From Tubiluchus corallicola (Eukaryota > Animalia > Priapulida): 25,233 nt of DNA. Below the pieces are notes generated by a model. That model was not told where the DNA came from, did no database searches, and worked only from the letters and a program-made list of their open reading frames with translations. The stretch is from positions 1 through 25,233 of the forward strand of contig JAQGDQ010001437.1 of assembly GCA_030141605.1 (NCBI GenBank), read 5' to 3'. Shown here piece after piece: positions 11,701 to 21,373 of this stretch (position 1 is its first letter; every line of letters starts with the position of its first letter). The position numbers and the translations under genes are program-made.

Positions 11701-12767
11701 AGCAGTAGCAAATCCAGAATTTTTTTCGCTGCTGAAACACTATGCAGTCAGCAACTGGATCAGATGTGAGAAGGTTACCTCTTCAAAGCAGGTGTGGTTC
11801 AAGTTAGTTAGCGCTCAATACAACAACAGCTCGCATACAACCAAGCACCGGATTATGAACTTTGGCGCCTCTAGGCTAATGAAATTATGGGGCCCCTCAG
11901 ACGAGAAGACACTTTAACTCGTGCGCACGCATCTTGAGTATTTTTTACTTGTCAATAAAAATATTCTTTAAGAAATACCTTTATTTTACTATTTATTGCA
12001 AACAAAATTAGCAAATATTTCAACACAACTGTAGTGAAAAAACAAATTTACGTTTAAGTTACAATGTGGTGGAGCTATAAAAGGTATCATTTCACGAAAA
12101 GAGAGAAATATGTGGGCTAACACATTAGTTCTAATTTGAAACTAATTTGTAATTTTTCACATAACAGCATTGAAAATGAACGTATTGTTTTCAAGTTTAA
12201 AAAGGGTTATAAGGTTTCATATTAGAACGTGATGCTGAAAACAATTACCATGCGTAATTGTTTTCAAACTCATCATTTAATGTAATGCAAAAAACCGTAC
12301 AAACAATAGAACTGACAATATAATAGAAAACCAGAGAATGAAAGTAAGTGTAGGAGAAGAAAAATGAAGAATATGAAGTAGCAGACGTAAATTCATTTTT
12401 GGCACCTGTTGAGTGTGCCCGGTTGCCATTGTTTGCTATAGCTTGTTAAAATTATTATTAGAATGTAATGTAATATTTATTTCCACTTCAAACAAAATAT
12501 TTTTACAAAATTCATAAAAAACTCGATACTCAATAGCACAAGATTGCTTATTCCCTATCATCTCTAATCCCTTCATATTATTATTCTCCATTATTTCATC
12601 ATCTTTCTCACTCATTACCTTTCTGGCTTTACCTCCTTTTATCATGTACTTTCTGCGCTCTCGTTATTCTACACTGCCCGCTCAGTTCAGATCTTACTTA
12701 GTTAGACATACAATTCAGTTTCAATAAATATAATTTGCTCACCATTGCTTGTAAAATAAAATACCAT
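6431..12767 (-). CDS. CCDC25: Coiled-coil domain-containing protein 25 (NFACT RNA-binding domain family, Jlp2-like), 7 coding exons, 208 aa
   Basis: Exons 12767-12743, 11544-11497, 10609-10518, 9290-9215, 7889-7786, 7388-7186, 6509-6431. All introns are GT-AG, phases are consistent, total 627 nt. Translation [53 protein letters not shown]...[26 protein letters not shown]...DSDDFM matches recalled CCDC25 along its length. Confidence 0.97.
6924..6996 (-). other. Degenerate tRNA-like sequence (SINE head or tRNA pseudogene) in CCDC25 intron 6
   Basis: Minus strand has an anticodon-like stem TTTGC-CTCGAAA-GCAGA followed by B-box-like GGTTCAAAT. Acceptor and T stems pair poorly. Confidence 0.35.
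7186..7388 (-). CDS. CCDC25: CCDC25 exon 6 (coiled coil, [23 protein letters not shown]...EKEKEL)
   Basis: tttcag acceptor, gtagtt donor, 203 nt, E/K/R-rich. Confidence 0.95.
7786..7889 (-). CDS. CCDC25: CCDC25 exon 5 ([34 protein letters not shown])
   Basis: ctgcag acceptor, gtaagc donor, 104 nt. Confidence 0.96.
7958..8000. repeat. 12-bp tandem repeat (acttacatacag), ~3.5 copies
   Basis: cttacatacagacttatgtacagacttacatacagacttacag. Confidence 0.85.
8760..8792. repeat. (TA)n microsatellite
   Basis: Directly visible. Confidence 0.9.
8839..9128. mobile_element. piggyBac-type MITE (290 bp)
   Basis: TTAA at 8835-8838 and 9129-9132. 13-bp TIRs CCACTTCACTGCC / GGCAGTGAAGCGG (1 mismatch), CC...GG termini. 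Subterminal hairpin tgacgaga-atc-tcccgtca. Confidence 0.85.
9215..9290 (-). CDS. CCDC25: CCDC25 exon 4 ([25 protein letters not shown])
   Basis: ttgtag acceptor, gtaatt donor, 76 nt. Confidence 0.95.
9538..10232. repeat. Diverged direct duplication of a ~270-bp segment (about 9538-9810 and 9961-10232) in CCDC25 intron 3
   Basis: Shared blocks ttcgtcttgaaatttt, taacactgtataaaa, cgatgaccgttag, ttgaaacaagtttagataacattg and gtaaagtttgaaaaaataatcagt, offset ~423 bp. Confidence 0.9.
10518..10609 (-). CDS. CCDC25: CCDC25 exon 3 ([30 protein letters not shown])
   Basis: ttttag acceptor, gtaagt donor, 92 nt; conserved [15 protein letters not shown] motif. Confidence 0.97.
11497..11544 (-). CDS. CCDC25: CCDC25 exon 2 ([15 protein letters not shown])
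   Basis: ttgcag acceptor, gtaagt donor, 48 nt. Confidence 0.95.
12743..12767 (-). CDS. CCDC25: CCDC25 coding exon 1 (MVFYFTSN)
   Basis: aacATGG start at 12767; donor gtgagc. Confidence 0.92.
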
Positions 12768-13440
12768 GTTCTATTATCTGAATTATGGAAACTGTAATAG
12801 AATGATTACTAAAAACAGCATAAAAAGTTAACTTATTCTTGATGCCAAACAAAAGCAAACAATACCCCAGTAACTCCACGTTACTGGTTAGGCAATGCGC
12901 ACTACTTTTAAGCAATCTCTAATCACTTCCACAACAGCATTTATGATCGCTTTCTATTTAGGTAGGCTTTTTTCTCAACAGCCACGAGCATGGCATCAAA
13001 GACTCGGGAGTTCGAGTACATGATTTATGTAAATTAATAAAAATACTAACTTAAGGTGACGCCTGATGGCTCGTGAACAATCATCATCAGAGCCTTTGCG
13101 GATTGCAACAAATTTGCCAACCGAATAACTAAACGAAATTTTGCTATACAATGGGAGATAAAAAGAAATTTGGCAGTTAACATTTTTGAGTTTTGAACCA
13201 TGTATTCTGGTTTTAGAAGTAAATGCTGTTATTATTATTATTAAACAGGATGGTACACAAACTCAAAAAGTAGTTTTGGCTGACATGCCCATCTGCCAAA
13301 CACATTATTTTAGCTAATAAAATACGCTTTTCTGTTAAAATTATTACTGTTATAACCTGTCTCGCCACCATCGACATTGTGACCTAAGGAAAACAAAGCT
13401 GTGTAATGCATTAATTGCACAAAAGTCTGAAAAAGTTTTT

Positions 13441-13511
13441 CACCTCAATGGTGACTCGAACACAAGGCCTTCCACTTTATGGACAACTATGCTACACTGT
13501 ACTACAGAGGC
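13441..13511 (-). other. Degenerate tRNA-like sequence (SINE head or tRNA pseudogene)
   Basis: Minus strand GCCTCTG TA GTAC AGTGTA GCAT...TTGTG TTCGAGT CACCA TTGAGGT. A/B-box-like motifs and partial acceptor, D and T stems; the anticodon stem does not pair. Confidence 0.45.
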
Positions 13512-13904
13512 ATGCAGAGTTTTCTGAGTTAGGTGATATATGTTAACATTCTATATTCACATGAAGAAAAGGACTACTTTTGTTCGTAAAAAATTGCAGC
13601 CTGGTAGGGAAAGTTGATCCTTGAGTCCCAGAACATGCCCAAATAACAAAATATAGTTTTGTAATCATTTATTTTATTATTCATGTTAACAGTGCTTCAG
13701 TAAAACAGCTAGAAGCATTAAAATTTTTATAATCAAAATAAATTATGATGCAGTTAAACACTACACTCTAGATGTGTATGTAGCAAACGTATTGCAAGAT
13801 CTTTGTGTTAGGCAATACTTCATTGTTTACTACAGTTGCCATATTCGCTCAGCTGTTTCTTTCTACAACCAGATATACGCTATTGTGTGCAATCCGGTAA
13901 ATTA

Positions 13905-14590
13905 TGTGTTGCACCTGTGTAGAGAATCAGGTAGAGTATGTGTTACTCCTATGTCATTGTGTGGAGAGTTAGGTAGAGTACGTGTTGCTATTATGTTATT
14001 GTGCACACAGTCAGGTAGGGTACGTGTTGCTCCTGTGCTATTGTGTAGACAGTCAGGTAGAGCACGTGTTGCTCCTATGTTATTTGTGTAGACAGTCAAG
14101 TAGAGTATGTATTGCATCTGAGTTATTATTGTATAGACTGTCAGGTAGAGTACGTGTTGCTACTGTGTTATGGTGTAGACAGTCGGGTAGAGTACGTATT
14201 GCTCCTGTGTTATGTGTGAAGACAGTCAGGTAGAGTACGTGTTGCTCCTGTGTTATTGTGCAGACAGTCGGGTAGAGTATGTGTTGCTCCTGTGCTATTG
14301 TGCAGACAGTCAGGTAGAGTACGTGTTGCTCCTGTGCTATTGTGCAGACAGTCAGGTAGAGTACGTGTTGCTCCTGCGTTATGGTGTAGACAGTCAGGTA
14401 GAGTACGTGTTGCTCCTGTGTTATGTGTGAAGACAGTTAGGTAGAGTACGTGTTGCTCCTGTGTTATGTGTGAAGACAGTCAGGTAGAGTACGTGTTGCT
14501 CCTGTGTTATTGTGCACACAGTCAAGTAGAATACGTGTTACTCCTGAATTGTGTATAGACAGTCAGGTAGAGTACGTGTTACCCCTGTGT
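13905..14590. repeat. 42-43-bp minisatellite, ~16 copies, overlapping the ankyrin gene stop codon and 3' UTR
   Basis: Unit cagacagtcaggtagagtacgtgttgctcctgtgctattgtg; core gtcaggtagag recurs from ~13927 to 14562. Confidence 0.95.
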
Positions 14591-14663
14591 AGTCCTCCAG
14601 TAAAACGCCGTATTGACGTACCAATGCGATATGAAAGACGATTTCTTTTTAGACCTTGTCCAT
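14563..14663 (-). CDS. Ankyrin gene terminal exon 7 (GQGLKRNRLSYRIGTSIRRFTGGLHRGNTYST*)
   Basis: tttcag acceptor in the correct phase; TGA at 14565-14563. Confidence 0.65.
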
Positions 14664-17600
14664 CTGAAATCATTGTAAAAATTAAGTATAATTATAAAAT
14701 GGCGAGAGTCACACTTATAATTGGCTTAATGACTATGCCAATGATCAAGCCATTATTAAAACAGCTGAATTGTGGACCCAACACAGATAGGTGCTATCAT
14801 CATAATATTCTCTGGGACACCAATGAAATATTTGAAGCAATCTTTGGTAACCTTTTTTTCAATCATTTAAACTGCTACTCCTTGCAGCTCACGCAGGTTA
14901 AAAACAGTGCTCGGACTGAGAATACATCAACACATCGGGACAATGCTTCTAGTTATTTACTAAAAATATAGACGTGAACAGGTTTCTAAGTAAATACTGC
15001 AAATCATTCCTTTCTGTTATCTCTTGATTATTAAACTAATACGCAATTACCAGAAGTATTCTGGTTGATCCTGCCTTAATCTTAACCTAGAAATATAGCA
15101 CTACAACAAGGTTTTCTTCTAAAACAGAGAAACAAACAAGTTTACCTGTTTTTCGCTTCTCGTTATACACCTTAAAGAGAAATGGTCTAATTCGCGGTTT
15201 TTTAAATCCAATTTCCCAAGGCGCCAGTCCGTCCTGCAATACAAAGGTCCAGTAAATGTATGAAATTACCACCTGCGAATGATGCTGTACTAGTTTTGTT
15301 TAATTACAATAATTATCATAATAATTCATAATTTGGGTAAAGGTATTTATAATAGTATATGGCCATTAATTACAAAGTACCAGACAAAAGAAATATTAAT
15401 ACAAGATGGTGCGTATCACATTACAAAACAAAAACCAGCATCAATCTCTGCTGTATTTCATTAATCCAACTTCACATACAAATAATAAACCGCCTCATAT
15501 TTACTGTCTGCGAGTTTCAAGTCACTAATCTTAGATAGCTTTTTAATTTGGTTAATTATCCAGTTTGTGTGATTTTGTTGTGACAAATTTGTCTCAGAAT
15601 AACAGCGTACAACGCACAGATGTATTACCCAGAACTGAACAAACCACTGCACTGTTATACTACACTGTTATTCACACTAAGGCAGTTTACCCAAGCCGTT
15701 TGTATAATCATGCCGCAAATCCCATCTCACTGTTAGGGGGAAGCCTTTTTACACTGAACCAGTTCACTTGAGCAGAAAGGTAAAACCGGTAACTTACCTT
15801 GTTAATTTTGTACAAGTCAGCGCCTCCTCCTATCAAAAGTTTGAACGAATCTACGTGGTCCAGTGTTGCAGCAATGTGTGCAGCAGTGTTTTTCCTATTG
15901 TCTGTCTTGTTGATACATCTTGCTGCATTCTTATGCTTAAGAAAGTGCTGAATCACCTTATGTTGATTTCTAGCTATAAGACAATTTATGCACGAATTAA
16001 CTTACAATTTTTAGGGAACTGATAGTCACCGTCACCGTTAGTGCACGTATTACTGTGTTTTGTTTCAACGGACTGCTCGTAGAGAAAACCAGAAAACACG
16101 TCTTCAAATTAAACTAGTTTATTATGCGGGAATTCTACAACACAAAAGTATGAAGGAACGCAAAATGTGTACAGACAAGTGATAATCTGGAAATATGTAA
16201 AGGAGAGTGTGCGTATCTGAGAATACGAGAATAAACTCGAGCTGCCAGCTCCGCCTTATATATCAGTGCAAATGGACTGAACCAGAAAATTCTGGAAACT
16301 ACTACGCGCATCGCGTATAGAAAGTTCTAGAAACTTCTACAAGGTAAAAAGATTGTTCTACTATACTATAGAATATTCCAGATCTCCACAACACGTATGT
16401 AGAGCAAACTGTGTACGAACTACTTTGTTTAGATAGTACATTTCGTTAGTTAATCTTAATTTCAACTGTACGTGTGAAGAGATAGCTTTCCAGTAATAGG
16501 CTTCAGTGTTGCACCATGTTTTCGGTGTCGAAATCAGTTTTTGGCGTGTAATATTGTTTTAGAAGACAATGGTAGGGTAGACCGGATAGTCTTTGTAATC
16601 AGCCTTTGGACTTGTATGTTGTAAGTGGTGTAAAATCAATTGCTGTAATAAACTGCTGGAACAATGATTTTTCCGATCCAATTCGCCAAGTAAAAAGGAC
16701 CTAATAATGTTAATAGGACTTACGTGTTATAATTGCTTCAAAGGTATTAACAGGGTCTATGCAGTGCTTGGTGGTCAAGCTGTTTCCCTTTGTATTTGAT
16801 TTTGTTTTTGTATTTTGCTTATGAGCTTGGTGGCAATTTAATAAAAGTGGCAAATGGCCATTAGGTATTATGCTATAGTGCAGGTTATATTGCTTGTATT
16901 AATTTTAGTAGTACAATTAAGCAGCTACTTTTTATATAATATCTATAATAGCTTGAGTATACTTGGTAGCTAGCAGAAAGCAGTAGTTTTTCACTTAATT
17001 CCGTGTTTGCTATAGTAAATAACATAATTCAAAAGCTTTCTTTGAGTATTTTCTAAAAGTAGTACAACCTCTGTTTTGTTGTCCCCTTTCGGTGGTTTTG
17101 TTTGCCCCATGACTGTTTAAAGGAAAACCGGATGATTGTGTGAACATTAGCTTTGAGCTATAAAGAATGCTCTAAAATATTGAGAACTACTATAGCTTAT
17201 ACCGTGATAGGCGGTACCGTGGTAACCATGCTCATGAACTGCAGTGTCAGTTTCTGACATCATATGATGAAAAGCCCATTTTTCGTGACATCACGCGTTT
17301 AAGCAGTACTGTAACACTTATGCAAATGTGCTTGACGCGCAAGGGAAGACGCCCGCTATTGCACAAACTGTGGTTAGTTTCTGACGTAAGCAATAGCTGT
17401 GTTCGGTTGCCGCTAACTAACTTTCTAAGCTAATTATTCAAATATAAGGAACAATTATTATCTCTTATAGGCAAGAAAATGTATATTTTGGACAGTAAAT
17501 TAAAATGAGATTGAGTCTAAACAATCATCCGGTCTTCCTTTAAAAAATAGTTTGAAATGAAGGGATTTTACCTGCTGCAAAATGTATGGGGGTGGCACCT

Positions 17601-20139
17601 TGCTGAGATCGTTTTTGCCAACATTTGTCTCCCATCTTTGTCTCCAAGTAGCTGACCATGTCTATGTAACCACACTGTGATGCTATGTGTAAAGCATTCT
17701 CTCCCTTGCAATTAGTGCTAGTTACTTGAGCTAATCCGTGCTCTTCTAAGTACCTTAAACAGTCTAACTTTCCATAGCAGGCTGCGTAGAATAGCGATGT
17801 GGCGCCTGAAATTATATTATTAGCATGGTAGGAGGAGTACGACACAAACATCGTAACAGCCATTTGAGAAAGTGATAAAATTTGGCACAAACGAATGAGA
17901 TTGTCCGTATACAAATTCAAAAATTTTACACTGTAGATGCACACTGCAGGGGCGTTCCACAACAGGGTGTTACATATGCGGTAGGTTTTACAGTAAGCCT
18001 TTTTTATTTCGATTATTTTATGGAATTTACATTATACTGCTGGTAATATATAGACATAATCATTGTTTGTAGCTATTTTATCATTTTTGTAAGGGGGGCC
18101 TCTCATAATTTTTGAGTAGTGCGTTCTTTAGTTTCTTTTTGAGATCTTTTAAACTTGTTGAAGATTTTATTTCTTGAGGTGGTAAATTTCAGATATTAAA
18201 TGCTGCTTTAGATACTGAGTTATGACCTTGTTTAGTGTTTGTCTGAATTTGCTTTATGTTAACTTCCTAACTCACCATCGGAACTGCAATACTGGTATCA
18301 ATGTCTATGAGTCTTACCTGTTAGATCTATTGCAGCTGTTAACTCATTACTTGTTTCAGTGAGAAGCTTCAGGCAATCCAATGCACCTGAAAAAATAGTG
18401 ATTCAAAAATATTATTTTGAAGACAGGTTTGCAAGCCACCACTCGGTTTCATAGTAACATTATTAAGGAGGGCAACATTGCATTCTCCCCCAGTTGCCTT
18501 GTTTAACAGGAGCTTTGTGGAAACGTTGCGGGCTTTTGACTACAACTGGTTCAACCTGAGTTTAAAACAATCATAAAAAAGTTTACATCAAATACCACTA
18601 ACCCTAACTCATTCCTATCCCTAACCTCAACCCTAACACTAACCCTAACCCAACCCTATCCCTAACCTCAACCCTAACACTAACCCTAACCCAACCCTAT
18701 CCCTAACCTCAGCCCTAACACTAACCCTAACCCAACCCTATCCTAACCTCAGCCCTAACACTAACCCAACCCTATCCCTAACCTCAACCCTAACACTAAC
18801 CCTAACCAACCCTATCCCTAACCTCAACCCTAACACTAACCCTAACCCAACCCTATCTCTAACCTCAACCCTAATACTAACCCTAACCCAACCCTATCCC
18901 TAACATCAACCCTAACACTAACCCTAACCCATACCTATCCCTAACCTCAACCCTAACACTAACCCTAACCAACCCTATCCCTAACCTCAACCCTAACACT
19001 AACCCTAACCCAACCCTATCTTTAACCTCAACCCTAATACTAACCCTATCCCTAACCTCAGCCCTAACACTAACCCAACCCTATCCCTAACCTCAACCCA
19101 AACACTAACCCTAACCCAACCCTATCTCTAACCTCAACCCTACCACTAACGCTAGCCCAATCCTATCCCCAATCTCAACCTTAACACTAACCCTAACCCT
19201 AACACCAACCCTATCCCTAACCTCAGCCCTAACGCTAACCCAAACCCAACCCTATCCCTAACCTCAACCCTAACACTAACTCTAACCAACCATATCCTAA
19301 CCTAACCCTAACCCTAACCTTGATCCACTTCACGAACTAATTTCTTGTGAAAAGGGAATTGTAAGCTTTAAGCCAGTTTTTCAGCTAAACTCTCCGACAC
19401 GTACCAACCCCAGCAGCAAGATGAAGAGCTGTTGCTCCGTCCTCATTCTTCATCCACAACATCTTGTCCTGGCCTTTGGTATATCTCTTGATTATCCAAT
19501 GCGCCACAGCCAAATGCTTCCCCAGGACCGCTTTGTGAAGGATGGTGTTGCCCCACTTGTCTTGTTGAAAAGCGATGGCGTGATCTAGAGATTCAGCGCC
19601 CTCTTGTAACTCTACGATGTCCGCTATCGTTTCTAAGGTTCGCTGATGACCACAAGATGCCGCCACGTGTAAACATGTCTCTCCTCGTGAGTTCTTCGTG
19701 TAGGCATCAATATCCTGTATTGGACGATTCCGTAGGATCCATCTAATAATGTTCAAAAAAATATTCATTTAATAAATGATAAAATTTGTGCATATATTAT
19801 AAGTTTTAGCCCTTTTTAGACCTGCAGGTGACCACACATGTAAAAATCGTAGTATAGGATTACAAATAGCTGCACAATTAATTGTGACTGTTCTGTGTTG
19901 CTTTAAATTCCAAGCTGGTTGTGTAACTAAGACGCCCGTCATGGGTTCAAAACTTACTGTGTGACGTCAACGCGTCCTTTCCTTGCTGCTGCGTGTAACG
20001 GTGTGTCACGAGCCGCGTCATAAACTTCAAGCTTCAATTCCTTTGCTGGTATAAGAGCTTTCAACTCTTCCAAGTTTCCACTCGACGCTGCTTCATGTAG
20101 TAGAAATGAACGTTCACTGGCTTTAGAAACCTTCGCCAT
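14563..20139 (-). CDS. Ankyrin repeat protein (9 repeats; espin/forked-like ankyrin region), 7 coding exons, 395 aa
   Basis: Exons 20139-19958, 19742-19405, 18386-18318, 17805-17572, 15973-15798, 15233-15146, 14663-14563. All introns are GT-AG, phases are consistent, total 1188 nt. Ankyrin motifs run across junctions (TPLHAAARKGRVDVTQ|WIL, TALHLAAGVG|ALDCLKLL, TPIHFAAA|RNQHKVI). The last exon is least certain. Confidence 0.88.
15146..15233 (-). CDS. Ankyrin gene exon 6 (DGLAPWEIGFKKPRIRPFLFKVYNEKRKT)
   Basis: ttgcag acceptor, gtaaac donor; completes the NK|DGLAP ankyrin turn. Confidence 0.82.
15798..15973 (-). CDS. Ankyrin gene exon 5
   Basis: ttatag acceptor; KNTAAHIAATLDHVDSFKLLIGGGADL; gtaagt donor. 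Confidence 0.9.
16051..16393 (-). mobile_element. Probable solo LTR (343 bp) in ankyrin gene intron 4
   Basis: 5-bp direct repeat CGTAT at 16046-16050 and 16394-16398. Minus strand begins TGTTG and shows U3-R-U5 order: HSE cluster, TATATAA (16262-16256), AATAAA (16123-16118). The 3' end is TA rather than canonical CA. Confidence 0.7.
16256..16384 (-). promoter_or_regulatory. Heat-shock element cluster plus TATA box
   Basis: Perfect 4-unit HSE aGAAa gTTCt aGAAa cTTCt (16319-16338), 3-unit aGAAa aTTCt gGAAa (16284-16298), 2-unit aGAAt aTTCc (16370-16379). TATATAA lies ~20 bp from the proximal HSE. Confidence 0.7.
17121..17539. mobile_element. Kolobok-type non-autonomous DNA transposon (419 bp)
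   Basis: TTAA TSDs at 17117-17120 and 17540-17543. 19-bp TIRs AGGAAAACCGGATGATTGT / ACAATCATCCGGTCTTCCT (1 mismatch). AG...CT termini with TTAA fit Kolobok rather than piggyBac. Confidence 0.85.
17572..17805 (-). CDS. Ankyrin gene exon 4
   Basis: tttcag acceptor; GATSLFYAA, GENALHIAS, GATPIHFAA; gtaaaa donor. Confidence 0.92.
18318..18386 (-). CDS. Ankyrin gene exon 3 (ALDCLKLLTETSNELTAAIDLT)
   Basis: tttcag acceptor, gtaaga donor, 69 nt, phase 1-1; missed by the ORF track. Confidence 0.9.
18597..19320. repeat. Interstitial telomere-like (CCCTAA/TTAGGG variant) array with ~41-bp higher-order unit
   Basis: Unit ctaacc-ctaacc-caacc-ctatcc-ctaacc-tcaacc-ctaaca, repeated roughly 16-17 times inside ankyrin intron 2. 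Confidence 0.95.
19405..19742 (-). CDS. Ankyrin gene exon 2
   Basis: tattag acceptor; GETCLHVAA, GNTILHKAV, GATALHLAA; gtacgt donor. Confidence 0.92.
19958..20139 (-). CDS. Ankyrin gene exon 1
   Basis: aaaATGG start; LLHEAASSGNLEELKAL and DTPLHAAARKGRVDV; gtaagt donor. Confidence 0.9.
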
Positions 20140-21327
20140 TTTGTAGAGCGAATTTTTCAACACAACACGGGAATTTCCTCTTTACTTTCACGATTTGCTT
20201 TATTGATTTGGTTTTAAACTAGTTTTGTTGTGATTTATTTTGATTTTCAAGTCTTTTCGACACAAATTCATTTCAGTTCCATCACTTTCAATCACTTTTA
20301 TTCAGTCATATCTTTACTGCACTAACATGTCTATTGCTTATGTAATTTTGTGAAACGCCTGCATGGTAGTACTTTGTACTCTTGCCTAGTTTAGCGTTTA
20401 CATGTTTTATTACAGTTAAACATACTGCAGTAGTTCGTCAACAACTGACTAATAAAAACGTTGAACGTAATCAAAAGTAATTCCGTAAAACATTTTAATT
20501 CAGTAACTTCGACATTATACACACAATTTAAAGAAAAAGAAAAGACAATTTTAAAGTATGCACAAAAACTTTCCATTCAAAATATATTACTTTGCATCAT
20601 GCTTACATATTTAAATGACTTATTTAATCAGAAAAGAAAATTCTTAGTGATTTAAAATGTTGGACCAAGTGATAAAACTGCACTGGATCACCTTCCCAGT
20701 GTGCACCACCGATTAAAAAAACATATATTGATCCCACTTACAATATCAAGTAATTTATACGTTTTCTTAGTTACTCAAGAGAACAAATGTTCTGATTATT
20801 TTTCCGAACTTCACACAATGTTATCTAAATTTCTTTCAAACAACTTACCACCAAAATGGTTGTGCCTAATGGTCGTCGCGGAAATTTTCGAGTTTTGTAC
20901 AAGTTACTGCTAGCGTAAATTCTGTAGCCTGGGACACTGACCAACATATACTAGGTGGATGGAGCAAAGTTTACCAAAATGACGGGTGAAATGGTTTATC
21001 GAAATAATCGACATTTTCTTATACGTGCCGATCACCACCAGGAGACTGTAACAATAACCAAATTTTTTCTCCCACGTGTCTGGTATAGTATTACATGCTA
21101 GTAAAAAACTTTATTGTGAAAAAGCATTGGATAACAGTGACAGCATCAACAACAACAGCAGTAGCATAAACGTGCTGCATGTCTCACACTAGGGCATGTT
21201 TAAACAGTGGGCAGGTATGGTGTAAACGCTGTGTGTTGAAACAACTTAATGTGTGTTTTATATATTATATGATATATGCATTTATTTATTATATTATATT
21301 TATTATCTCTTATATTAATATTCTTGG

Positions 21328-21358
<31 letters not shown>

Positions 21359-21373
21359 TTATTTATTTATATA

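Noticed and set aside
13905-14590. Regularly spaced repeats suggesting a CRISPR array
   Set aside because: Units are contiguous with no unique spacers, the context is eukaryotic, and no cas genes are present.
13774-14971. Plus-strand repeat ORFs (CRQSGRVRVAPVLL, DSQVEYVLLLCYC)
   Set aside because: Products of the 42-bp minisatellite, antisense to the ankyrin gene and broken by 43-bp units.
18597-19320. True telomere or chromosome fusion site
   Set aside because: Single orientation, few perfect repeats, and it lies within an intron of an intact gene.
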